Assembly: GCF_006345805.1 (NCBI RefSeq)
Contig: NC_043010.1
Location: 26,908,001-26,972,000 of the forward strand
Reading direction: 5' to 3'
DNA length: 64,000 bases
From: Octopus sinensis
Lineage: Eukaryota
Position 1 is the first letter of the stretch. Every line of letters starts with the position of its first letter. The translations under genes were made by a program, and so were the position numbers. Of the stretch, positions 1-11,971 are shown in pieces. The notes below the pieces were generated by a model. That model did no database searches, had not been told where the DNA came from, and saw only the letters and a program-made list of their open reading frames with translations.

Positions 1-162
1 GAAAAAGTGAAAGAGTTGTGGTGAAAGAATACAGAAGGGTTCGCCACCACCTCCTGCTGGAGCCTTGTGGAGTTTAAGATGTTTTCACTCAATAGAGACT
101 CACAACACCTGGTCTGGGAATTGAAACCACAATCCTACTGCGAGTCTGCTGCCCTAACCACC
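1..162 (-). mobile_element. tRNA-head SINE fragment (same family as 15640-15810)
   Basis: Similar to 15650-15805 (gtggtgaaaga.tacag...gtctg.gaat.gaaacc...ctgctgccctaaccac). Confidence 0.6.
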
Positions 163-196
163 TCCATATGTTTGTATATGTGCATGAGTGTTTATG

Positions 197-229
<33 letters not shown>

Positions 230-234
<5 letters not shown>

Positions 235-490
235 CCACCTGACTGGCTCCCATGCCAGTGGCATGTAAAAGACACCATTCAAGCAGGGTCGATACCAGTG
301 TCACTTGACTGGTTCCGATGCCAGTGGAACATAAAAAGCACCATCCGAGCGTGGTTGATGCCAATGCTGCCTGCCTCGCCCCCATGCCGGTGGTGCACCC
401 ACTACACTCTCGGAATGGTTGCTGTTAGGAAAGGTGTCCAGCTGGAGAAACCTTGCCAGATCAGATGAAAACTGAAAGAAGCCTGTCATA
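230..490 (+). mobile_element. RTE 3'-UTR-derived non-autonomous repeat
   Basis: gccagtggcatgtaaaa..cacc repeats plus cactacactctcggaatggttg..ttaggaagg..tccagctg, matching the 3' UTR of the RTE LINE at 45560-45870. Confidence 0.7.
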
Positions 491-780
491 TATATATACA
501 TATACAAAATAAGAAAATAAGAAATGCTTACAATTGCAATGCAATTATTTCATTTATTGTATTATATGGGCGATGGTAAAATGTTTTACCTCAAATTCAT
601 AATACAAAATAAGAAAATAGAGGAATAGATTCCTTTCAATCATCAACTTACAGATAATACCAATTCATATAATTTATTAACTTAATAAATAAGAATATCC
701 AAATCCAACTGAATAAGACAGAATAAAACAATATACATCAATAAGTAAGATAATACCATAAAAATAATACATATAAAAGG

Positions 781-912
781 AATCTTACAGCTGTTTCAGC
801 CTGTAGATAAGGGTATCTCACTATGCTTATATTAGTCAGATGTATTGAGGTAATATGCAGTTAAAAATGAGTTACTTATATATATATATCTCAAGGCCTC
901 GTCAGAGAATAT
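781..912 (-). ncRNA. Type I hammerhead-like motif in left palindrome arm
   Basis: Minus strand: CUGACGA (899-905), long stem II, GAAA, stem III AC-AGCU-GU (palindromic), GUA site. Stem I only about 3 bp. Confidence 0.5.
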
Positions 913-1406
913 AAAGTACAATTATGAAGATATAAAATGAAGATATAAAATGCAAATATAAATATGAAACAAAGTACACATGCACAAGAATATGTATATA
1001 TATATATATATATACATACATATATAAGTTTATATACACATACATATACATATATATAAGTATATACATAATAATATACATACACATAAGGTTACAGTTA
1101 ATCAAATATATATACTGGAATATACATATATATCCACATCAAAGGGTACATATACAAAGTCCAAAGTTCATTGTATTACATTACTAAAACTATTAATATT
1201 ATTATTATTATTAAAAATATCAATAATGGAATATTTTTAATAATACTAATAATATTAATAGTTTTAGTAATGTAATACAATGAACTTTGGACTTTGTATG
1301 TGTACCCTTTGATGTGGATATATATGTATATTCCAGTATATATATTTGATTAACTGTAACCTTATGTGTATGTATATTATTATGTATATACTTATATATA
1401 TATGTA

Positions 1407-2514
1407 CTAGCAGTATCGCCCGGCGTTGCTCGGGTTTGTAAGGGAAATAACTATATAAGCATTTTTAGTGAGTTATAGCAAAAAAATAGCAAAAAATGCA
1501 TTAAAAATGGAATAAAAAATTATGGTAATTTTTTTTTTTAAATCGTTGACTCATTGTAGACATTTTTAGAGAGTTACTTCCCTTATATAATAGCGAAAAA
1601 TGCATTAAAATGGAATAAAAAATGATGGTTTTTTTTTTTAATCGTTGACTCATCGTAGACATTTTTAGAGAGTTACTTCCCTTATATAATAGCGAAAAAT
1701 GTATTAAAATGGAATAAAAAATGATGGTAATTTTTTTTTTAATCGTTGACTCATCGTAGACATTTTTAGAGAGTTACTTCCCTTATATAATAGCGAAAAA
1801 TGCATTACAATAAAAAAAAATGATGGGAAATTATTTTTAAAATCGTAGACTCATCGTAGACGCACGCTAATACCCAGAAGGGCTCGATATGAATCACGAC
1901 TATGAGATACCCGGTTTTGGTTACACTGCACTGCAAAATGTGGGAGTAGTTAGGAATCTAAATCGTAGGAGACAGACACACAACCTTACTTTTATATATA
2001 AAGATTTGTGCAACAACTAAAACATTCGGTTGTGCAAATTGTTTGCACAGGAAACCTGCCCTGTGTGGCGGTAATTGCCGTTTTTGTGGATCTGTTTCAG
2101 CTTTTCAGCGATTTCTGTTTTGGCGACTTCAAGCCATGAAGTCGTTGTTCTAAAAGAACGCAGGTCTCCTTGACAATGCATTACGACGTTGATTTCCTTA
2201 CACTCCCTTCCCCACAGCTTCACGAGGGAGGGAAGAAGGGGGAGAAGCAACACAGCAGGTGTGAGCGTGGACGCCAATTCCGCCGCCATCGACACACGAA
2301 AAAATATGCATTAAAATGGAATAAAAAATTATGTTAAATTATTTTTAAAATCGTAGACTCATCGTAGACACGCGCTAATAACCAGACGGGCTCGATATGA
2401 ATCACAACTATAAGATACCCGAATTTGGTTAAACTGCACCGCAAAATGTGGGAGTAGTTAGGAATCTAAATCGAAGGGGACAGACACTCACACAACTACA
2501 GTTTTATATATAGA
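1407..2514 (-). mobile_element. Non-autonomous Helitron (composite)
   Basis: Minus strand: A|TCTATATATAAAAC... to subterminal hairpin cccgagcaacgccggg and CTAG|T. Inserted between A and T with no TSD. Internal ~110-bp tandem repeats and a second 5' end near 2004. Confidence 0.88.
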
Positions 2515-2542
2515 TATGTATGTGTATATAAACTTATATATG

Positions 2543-2595
<53 letters not shown>

Positions 2596-2658
2596 TCTTG
2601 TATGTGTACTTTGTTTCATATTTATATTTGCATTTTATATCTTCATAATTGTACTTTA

Positions 2659-2791
2659 TATTCTCTGACGAGGCCTTGAGATATATATATATATAAGTAA
2701 CTCATTTTTAACTGCATATTACCTCAATACATCTGACTAATATTGGCATAATGAGATACCCTTATCTACAGGCTGAAACAGCTGTAAGATC
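2659..2791 (+). ncRNA. Type I hammerhead-like motif in right palindrome arm
   Basis: CTGACGA 2665-2671; stem II ggcct..gagata/tatct..aggct; GAAA 2775-2778; ACAGCTGT palindrome; GTA 2784-2786. Weak stem I. Confidence 0.5.
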
Positions 2792-3442
2792 CATTTTATA
2801 TGTATTATTTTTATGGTATTATCTTACTTATTGATGTATATTGTTTTATTCTGTCTTATTCTGTTGGATTTGAATGTTCCTATTTAATTAGTTAATAAAT
2901 TATATGAATTGGTATTATCTGTAAGTTGATGATTGAAAGGAATCTATTCCTCTATTTTCTTATTTTGTATTATGAATTTGAGGTAAAACATTTTACCATC
3001 GCCCATATAATACAATAAATGAAATAATTGCATTGCAATTGTAAGCATTTATGTATTAGATTTTTGGGTACCTCACTGGCAGTATATTGGATAAATGATA
3101 TCCCATAGTGGGTTACACTCATAACCCCTATCTCACTTTGTATATATACATATATACATATATATATATATGTATGTATGTGTGTGTATGTGTGTATGTA
3201 TGTATGTGTGTGTGTGTGTATATGTTTGTATGTCTGTGTTTTTCCCCCCAATATCACTTAACAAACCATGCTGGTGTGTTTACATCTTCGGAACTTAGTA
3301 GTTCAGCAAAAGACACCGATAGAATAAGTACTAGGCTTACAAAGAAAAAGTCCTGGGATCAATTTGTTCAACTAAAGGCGGTGTTCCAGTATGGCTGCAT
3401 TCAAATCACTGAAACAAGTAAAAGAATAAACTAATATATATA

Positions 3443-4964
3443 TCTATATATATAAAACTGAGAATGTGTGTCTGTCTGTCTGTCTGTGTGTTTCCCTAAA
3501 ACTTGAGAACTATACAACCAATTTCATTCAAATTTTACACATGCAGGAGTGGCTGTGTGGTAAGTAGCTTGCTAACAAACTACATGGTTCTGGGTTCAGT
3601 CCCACTGCGTGGCATCTTGGGCAAGTGTCTTCTGCTATAGCCCCGGGCTGACCAATGCCTTGTGAGTGGATTTAGTAGACGGAAACTGAAAGAAGCCTGT
3701 CGTATATATGTATATATATATATGTATGTGTGTGTGTGTCTGTGTTTGTCCTCCTAACATTGCTGGTGTGTTTACGTCCCCGTCACTTAGTGGTTTGGCA
3801 AAAGAGACCAATAGAATAAGTACTGGGCTTACAAAGAATAAGTCCTGGGGTCGATTTGCTCGACTAACGGCGGTGCTCCAGCATGGCCGCAGTCAAATGA
3901 CTGAAATAAGTAAAAGAGAGAAAAAGAGATGCCTTACTTAGGGTCCATGTAGTTTCACGGGCAAAAAAAAAGTTCAACTTCTTGCCTAGAGCGAGCCCAT
4001 AGCAATATCATATCTTCTCCACTATTTCAGTATTACATGTTAAAAGTGAAACAAAAACATTTCTCTATTTTATGTCAGATACTTTCACTTTAACAATAAA
4101 AATAATAATAACAATTGAATTATATGTAGTAAGTAATAATTAAAATCAAACTAAAGTATAATATAATCGTAACATAACAAAAGTGAAAATAGCAATTGGT
4201 ATAAAATTGCATCAATGACTTGAACTTGAATAAGTGGTTTCACATGAATGGGAATAAATTAAAAATAAAATTAGCGTGCAGAAATGGAATAGTCCAGATT
4301 GATAATAAAAAATTAAATTAAAGAAAAGACTATTGTCTATAAAGTATACAATGCCACCCTGTTCCCCCAACCCTTTCATACCTGTTCCAAACCAAACTGT
4401 TCTCCCAGTTTGTTCAGTCGCTGCATTGCCATTTTGTAGACAACAGATCAACTATGTTTGTTAGAGAAGATTTGAACACCTGGAAGAAAGCACCATCAAA
4501 AAGTGTCTTGGTGCGATTATGAAAGATATGTAACCAGAGGTGGTAAATTCGCCACAATAGAAGCAAGGTTCAAGTGAACGGAGCGTGCAAGGGAGTACTC
4601 AACTCGAACTTGCAAAGTGGAGATATTTTATTTTTACCTTTATATCTGGGACGTAGGACGTGCCGGATAAAAATTAAAAATGCCCCCCCGCCTGAAGTTG
4701 AGGTAGCCTGGATTGTAGCCACACTTCTATACAAGAGGGAGGACAAGATACAATTGATGGAAATTGCAAGAGACGGGCTTACAATTCCAGTCTGTTATAT
4801 ATTTTGAGTGTTGTTATCACTAGCGATATCAAGATATAACTTTGTATTTTGTATTTTATGTGTAGATGTATATATATAGATGTACATGTAATATGTACAC
4901 ATATATATACACATATATACATGCACTAGCACTATGACCCGGCAATGACGGATCATAATGCTAG
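3443..4964 (+). mobile_element. Non-autonomous Helitron copy A, interrupted by a SINE
   Basis: A|TCTATATATATAAAACTGAGAATG start; 3' hairpin tatgacccg..cggatcata and CTAG|T end. Homologous to 26269-28104. Confidence 0.85.
3545..3928 (+). mobile_element. Bipartite tRNA-derived SINE (abundant Octopus-type family)
   Basis: Head ggagtggctgtgtggtaag..gggttcagtcccactg, CORE-like ttgggcaagtgtctt, (TG)n linker, tail ending gtcaaatgactgaaa..agtaaaagag. Flanked by atgc on both sides. Confidence 0.85.
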
Positions 4965-5262
4965 TATATATATATATATATAGACAGAGAGATAGATCCA
5001 GGTATATATACATATGCACATATGTATATATTTATATATGTATATATATTTGTATACACACACACTTGTGCATATATATATATATATTTGTTTATACATA
5101 TATATATACACATACATACATGCACATATAAATGTTTACTTTTACAAACACATGATCACTTGCTGACCGCAATAATGCATCCTATAAGTCTTTCAATTAT
5201 TTTAGTAACATAAACCTGTTTAAATGCTACCTTGTTTACAGCACAGTCTGCATTTGTGCATG

Positions 5263-5301
<39 letters not shown>

Positions 5302-7123
5302 ATGTATGTATGTATGTATATACATTGTACGTAATCTGAGATTGTGCCATTCAGCTCTAACAAACATAGTTGATCTGTTGTCTACAAAATGGCAATGCAG
5401 CGACTGAACAGACTAGGAGAACAGTTTGGTTTGGCACAGGTATGAAAGGGTTGGGGGAACAGGGTGACAGGTTGGAGTGGAGGTGAGGCGGGGGGGATGC
5501 ATTCACAGAACAGTTTTGTCTTTGGATTAGCTTTAGTATATTTAAATGTGTTTGTATGCGTGTGTGTGTGTATGTGTGTTTGTGTGTGTGTATGTGTGTG
5601 TGTGTGGAGAGAGCGAAAGAGATGTACATACCTATGTATTTTTCTTTATACATATTTATGCATTTATATATACATACATATATGCATGTGTGTGTGGGGG
5701 GTACACACATGTATATATGCAAACACAAATATTTATACAATTGTGTGTGTGTTTGTCTATTTATATATCATGTGTGTCTGCAACATATATTGCCTATATA
5801 ATTAATTTTAAGAGTAAAGTTAAATGATGATGATGATAGTGATGATGACGATGATGGTGATGGTGATGGTGTATATGTTTGTGTTTTTGTGTTTCCCCCC
5901 CCCAATATTACTTAACAACCAATACTGGTGTGTTTACGTCTTCATAACTTAGTGGTTCAGCAAAGGACATCGATACAATAAGTACTAGGCTTACAAAGAA
6001 TAAGTCCTGGGGTTGATTTGTTTGACTAAAGGCGGTGTTTGTCTGCATGTGTATGTGTGTGTGTATGGGAGAGAAAGAGATGTACATACTTATGTATTTT
6101 TCTTTATACATATTTATGCATTTATATATACATACATATATGCATGGGGGGGGGGTTACACACATGTATATATGCAAACACAAATATTTATACAATTGTG
6201 TGTGTGTTTGTCTATTTATATATCGTGTGTGTGTCTGCAATATATTTAGCCTATATCATTAATTTCAATAGTCAAGGTAAGTGATGATGATAGTGATGAT
6301 GATGATGATGATGATGGTGATGGTAATGAAGTCATGTTTCTCACCTGAAAATCTGTCTCCATCATCAAATTAAAAAACCCAAATCAGTACAATCCGAAAT
6401 GGTATGAGATAACTAACAGAGAACCTTTAACAATTCCAGAATAAAATGCCAAAATTAAGAACCTCTGTGTGTGGGTGTGCGTGTGTGTGTGTGTGTGTGC
6501 ATGTGTGCATGTGTGTGTGTGTTTGTTGGTGTTAGGAAAGGCATCCAGCTGTAGAAACCATGCCAAATCAGATTGGAACCTGGTGCAACTCCCTGGCTTA
6601 CCAGTTTTCAATCAAACCATTCAACCCATGCAAGCATGGAAAACGGACATTAAATGCTGATGATGATGATGATGACGGTGGTGATGATGTATGTATCATT
6701 TGATATTTATCTCCCACTGCAGGGAGTACTTTTTTCGTTGATCTTACCTTAATGGAAAAGTAAACTAGATATATATGCTATTGAACCTCCCAAAACTAGG
6801 CTCCAATATTTAAGCATTGTCCTAACCTAATTAAGTTACCTATGAAAAACCAAATGATACCAAAGTTAGTGATACCCAGAGACTGAATCCTCAAACTCTT
6901 TCCACTTTACAAGAATAATGGACAACCCAGAATAAGGAGACTAAGATATAAGAAATTCACAATCAAGCATAACAAATGTGTATTTCCATCATCAGCTATC
7001 TAATCAGATATCACTATTGTTTCAACACCTGGCCAGTACCATTCAATCCAGTAGTGTCCACAATATTAAAAATATTAAAAATATAAATGCTGCCACGTAA
7101 TCCACCAGCTTATTACTATGCAT

Positions 7124-7401
<278 letters not shown>

Positions 7402-7642
7402 AGATACACACACGCATACACACACACACATATATACTAATCAAAGTATACAGTATTATTGATCCATTACAGCCAATCTTACCAGTCAATTTCACACTGG
7501 GTTCTAAAACCAAATGTTACATAACTGCATGGTTAAGTAATACTGCATACAACTATATAGATATTTATCTGTATATATGTGTGTATACCTGTGTGTGTGT
7601 GCACATCAAACACAGGCACACAAACATATACACACACACATA

Positions 7643-7698
<56 letters not shown>

Positions 7699-7809
7699 TA
7701 CGACAGGCTTCTTTCTTGTGGATCATCCCACTTCATAAATCTTCGCTTTGACATCTGATGCTGTGTACCACGCTGAGTGACATCACAGTGTTTACTTTGC
7801 AAGTTGTGA

Positions 7810-8690
7810 TTTTGTCTGTGATTTTGTTTTGGAGAGAAACAAAGAACCAAAGAGAAATTTTGTGTTAAACTTGGGGGGAAGTCTGCTACAGAGACTTTGT
7901 GCATTCTTTGGCAAGTTTACAGTGACAAGGTAATGAGTTGTTTGTAATGTTTCGAGTGGCATGGACACTTCAAAAGTGGGAGAACATCCCTGGAAGACAA
8001 TGAGCAATCTGGAAGACCTGCCATGAGCATCACCCTGAGAAATGTGCATCAAGAATTCATCCCTCAGGGCCAGACCTAGTGGTTAGGGTGTGCATCAAGA
8101 ATTCATCCCTCAGGGCCATACCTAGTGGTTAGGGTGTGCATCAAGAATTCATCCCTCAGGGCCAGACCTAGTGGTTAGGGTGTGCATCAAGAATTCATCC
8201 CTCAGGGCCAGACCTAGTGGTTAGGGTTTGCATCAAGAATTCATCCCTCAGGGCCAATCAAGAGTTCTACTGCAATGTTTTGAAGCATTTGAAGGTGGAC
8301 ATTTGACAAAAGCAACTGGGTCTGTGGAGCACAAAGAATTAGATTCTTCACAATGGTCTTCTCACTCATGAGTTTCCTGCCAAAAACAACATGGCATCAC
8401 TTTCCCACTTGCCCTATTCACCAGGTTTAGCCCTGAAGACATCCATCTCTTCCCCAAAATGAAAAAGCAGTTCAAAGGTTACCGTTTTAACACTGTTGTG
8501 AAGATCCAGAGTGAATCCGGAGAAGGTTCTCGACTCACAGAAAATGACTTCCAAGCTAGATTCCAAAAGTAACAAGAACACTGAAACCAGTCTATTGCTG
8601 TGCAAGGTGATTATTTCGGAGGAGATGATGGTAAAACTTGGGTAAATAAGTTATTTTTCATTAAACATAACTTTTTGATACCACCTCATG
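7810..8690 (+). mobile_element. Mariner transposase relic with internal deletion and 3' TIR
   Basis: N-terminal HTH-like KFCVKLGGKSATET...FEWHGHFKSGRTSLEDNEQSGRP; VHQEFIPQGQT; C-terminal PYSPGLAP...LFPKMKKQFKGYRF...QGDYFGGD; TIR-like ttttgataccacctcatg. Stops and frameshifts present. Confidence 0.88.
8044..8256 (+). repeat. 46-bp tandem repeat, about 4.6 copies
   Basis: Unit gtgcatcaagaattcatccctcagggccagacctagtggttagggt. Confidence 0.95.
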
Positions 8691-9031
8691 TTTGTGTGTG
8701 TATATATATATATGTATATGTGTGTGTGTGTGTGTATGATTAATAATAAAAGAGTAAAATATTTGTATATATATATATGTGTATGTATGTATGTATGTAT
8801 GTATGCATTTATACATATGCATACATATGTAGACTCATACACACACACACACACACACACATGCATATACATTTATGCAAATCATCATCATCATTAAATG
8901 ATGATGATGATTCATACCTATACACACACATACACACCACACACATGCACACTACACACACACACATACTACACACATGTATATATATATTACATTTCTA
9001 AGACAAGGTGAAAAAACAATGAAAAATAATG

Positions 9032-9063
<32 letters not shown>

Positions 9064-9674
9064 GGTGGTGGTGGCGGCGGCGGTTGTCATTGTCTTGGTC
9101 CCAGGGTGGGGAAGAGTGTGCATTGTGATAGTGTGTGAATGCATAGAAGGAGCCAAAAGTTGACCGTTCTGACATTTTGCATCACAAGTGCCTTTGTTCA
9201 AATTCCTCCGCTTCCCATGCCAACAATGCTTTATTTGCTCTGCCATTGTCCTTATAACAATGTCCTGTGAGGTGTAGGACAACTTTGCAACAGTAGACCA
9301 AAGGATTACGCTCAGCATCAGCACCAACACCAGCAGCAGACTGTACGGGACGTGTACATGCACACAAAACATTTGTTGCTGTTTTGCCCTAGGTCAACAT
9401 AGACTGAAACAGTTCTAGACTGAAAGACAGTTCCAGCCATGACCATCCCATGTGTTTTAGTGTGTATTTAGGACTACATTATGATTCAGTGTGTTCTTTT
9501 GTTATTTAAGATGTTAAGGTGCAATTTGAGGAAGATTTGGTTGCTATTGTTAGTGAGTCAAGTAATCACACTGTGTCCCTTATTGTATGAATGCATGTAT
9601 GTGTGTATGTGTGTGTTTGTATATATGTTTGTGTGTATGTTATGTATGTGTATATATTTATATATGTATGTATG

Positions 9675-9708
<34 letters not shown>

Positions 9709-9725
9709 AGTGTGTGTGTATATAT

Positions 9726-9757
<32 letters not shown>

Positions 9758-9881
9758 GTATAGTTGAAAAAAAGTAAATGTACATGCTCTGTAATCTCTG
9801 TCTAATTTCTTTAATGTAAATTCCAAAATTTCAAATCTGCCACAACATAAATCTAGTTAACCACCAAGGTTCAAACCTGTA

Positions 9882-9977
<96 letters not shown>

Positions 9978-9983
9978 TAAAAG

Positions 9984-10240
9984 TGCATGGCTCAGTGGTT
10001 AGAGCATTAGGTGAACAAGACACTTTATTTCGTGTTGTTCCAGTTCACTCAGCTGTAGAAAATGAGCTGCAACATTAATGGTGCCAAGCTGTATTGGCCT
10101 TTGCCTTTCCATTGGATAATATTGGTGGCATGGAGAGGGCAGGCTGGTATGCATAGCTGACTGCTGGTCTTCTGCAAAAAACAATCTTGTGCCTCAGACA
10201 GGAGCTTTCTAGGTGCAATCATGGTTATTTGTGACTGAAG
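9984..10240 (+). mobile_element. SINE fragment with tRNA A-box-like head
   Basis: gcatggctcagtggttagagca head followed by a non-microsatellite body. Confidence 0.5.
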
Positions 10241-10299
10241 GGGATCTTCCTCCCCATACATATATATATATACATATACATATATATATACATATACAT

Positions 10300-10392
<93 letters not shown>

Positions 10393-10393
10393 G

Positions 10394-10824
10394 TGAGGTA
10401 TACTTGCCGTCTCAATATGGCTAACCACTAAGGGTGGGTGTTACTGTAGCTTGTAGCCCCAGGAGAACATCGTCTCCAGCTGGCTTTAGGCACACTTTCT
10501 GTACCCTTATGATATTTGCAAAGGGAGGTCACCCTTCCCTCGTCAACCTAAGTCACTGGAAAAACGATATAAGAATTTGCATTGGAACACCTTTTCATCG
10601 AAAACCGGTGATTGTCGTACGCTGATGACAGGTCAAAACCTAGAAACTGCAGTCCGTGCATATCTCTTAGGTTGACGAGGGAAGGGTGACCTCCCTTGGC
10701 AAATACCATAAGGTCACAGAAAGTGTGCCTAAAGCCAGCTGGAGACGATGTTCTCCTGGGGCTACAAGCTACAGTAACACCCACCCTTAGTGGTTAGCCA
10801 TATTGAGATGGCAAGTATACCTCA
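10394..10824. mobile_element. Fold-back element: 159-bp inverted arms with 113-bp spacer
   Basis: Arms 10394-10552 and 10666-10824, about 5 mismatches; TG on both flanks. Confidence 0.9.
10617..10659 (+). ncRNA. Minimal type I hammerhead ribozyme
   Basis: Stem I gtacg/cgtgc; CTGATGA; stem II aggt-caaa-acct with a C.A mismatch at its base; GAAA; AC-TGCA-GT palindromic stem III; GUC site at 10652-10654. Confidence 0.72.
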
Positions 10825-10892
10825 TGCAGTTACTGTTTATACCTCATTCAGAGATTTATTATTGCTATATATATATATATACATATACATAT

Positions 10893-10925
<33 letters not shown>

Positions 10926-11971
10926 GGCGGGCAATTTAAGCTGGTCTTGTACATACATGCATATATATGTATGTATGAGCGTTTGTATATGTAAGTATAA
11001 CATATGTTCTGTATATATATATTTATATATATATACTAGCTGAAGGTGACCCGCTCTATGCGCGAGTAAGAGTGTGGTATATATATATAAATACAGATAT
11101 ATGCACTTTGTATATATAAAAATTATTATATATACATATTTATATATAGATACACACACACATATATAAATTAACCCAATAAATATCTGATTCATAATAT
11201 TTGTTGTCATGATTGAGTGGTCGTGGTGGCGATGATAATTCTCTCTATGAATGCAGACAGACGTAGAGAGTGAGAGTGTGTGAAAGCGCTGTGGAAGGCA
11301 GGGAGGGGGGATAACGGACACTGTGAAATGACGTTATAAAGAGAAAGTGAATGTAAGGGAGGTAGACGCTATGAAACAACGTTATAGATAGAAGGTGAAA
11401 GGAAGGGAGAAAAGTGAGTGAGTGATGGAGGAAGACAGATACATAAAAGAATGAGAGTGCTGGATGTTTTGTTTGTTGAACCAATGTATTAAGGTAGTAT
11501 TGTTTTATTGTTTTAAAACGAAAGAGGCAATGTGTTTGTTTCAAAAATTAAAAAATCTGTAATAGTGAATGAAATTAGAATTCACACCCAGCTCAGTTTT
11601 GTAGAAAGAGTATCACGATGTGAACTCATGAGTTGGGAGTTTGACTGAGAGAGTTTATATGGTGACACATGCCAGTCCTTTCGACACCACCTAAACAATG
11701 GAATATTGTACAAAATGTAATTAACAACTCATTCACTTTATGAATGTCTTATGTTAGCGAAGAAACAATAACTTGACAAAACCGTTTAATGGAGACGTAG
11801 AAGGAATCGGAAAATGAGGAATAAAGAGAATGAGTTGGATCAAATGTTTGCAAACATCTGAACCCAATGTTCTTTATGAACCATGTTCTTTTTAATGTCT
11901 TTATTTTCAAGAATGAAGAGATAATGAAGAGGTGCAAAATAAAAAATCAAGCAAAATTTCATGACTTACAA

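Larger units (their letters stand above)
522..3050. repeat. Large inverted repeat: arms 522-1220 and 1231-1406 + 2515-3050, 10-nt spacer
   Basis: The right arm is the reverse complement of the left arm once the Helitron at 1407-2514 is removed. Confidence 0.92.

Noticed and set aside
6346-6420. Minus-strand CAG|gtgag donor as an antisense exon
   Set aside because: All three frames from the plausible acceptors contain stops.
8044-8256. CRISPR-like array
   Set aside because: No unique spacers; it is a pure tandem repeat in eukaryotic DNA.
9510-9553. Possible upstream CFAP99 exon (tttaag|...gtta|gtgagt)
   Set aside because: End phase does not match the phase-2 start of the 24218 exon and the peptide is not recognisable.
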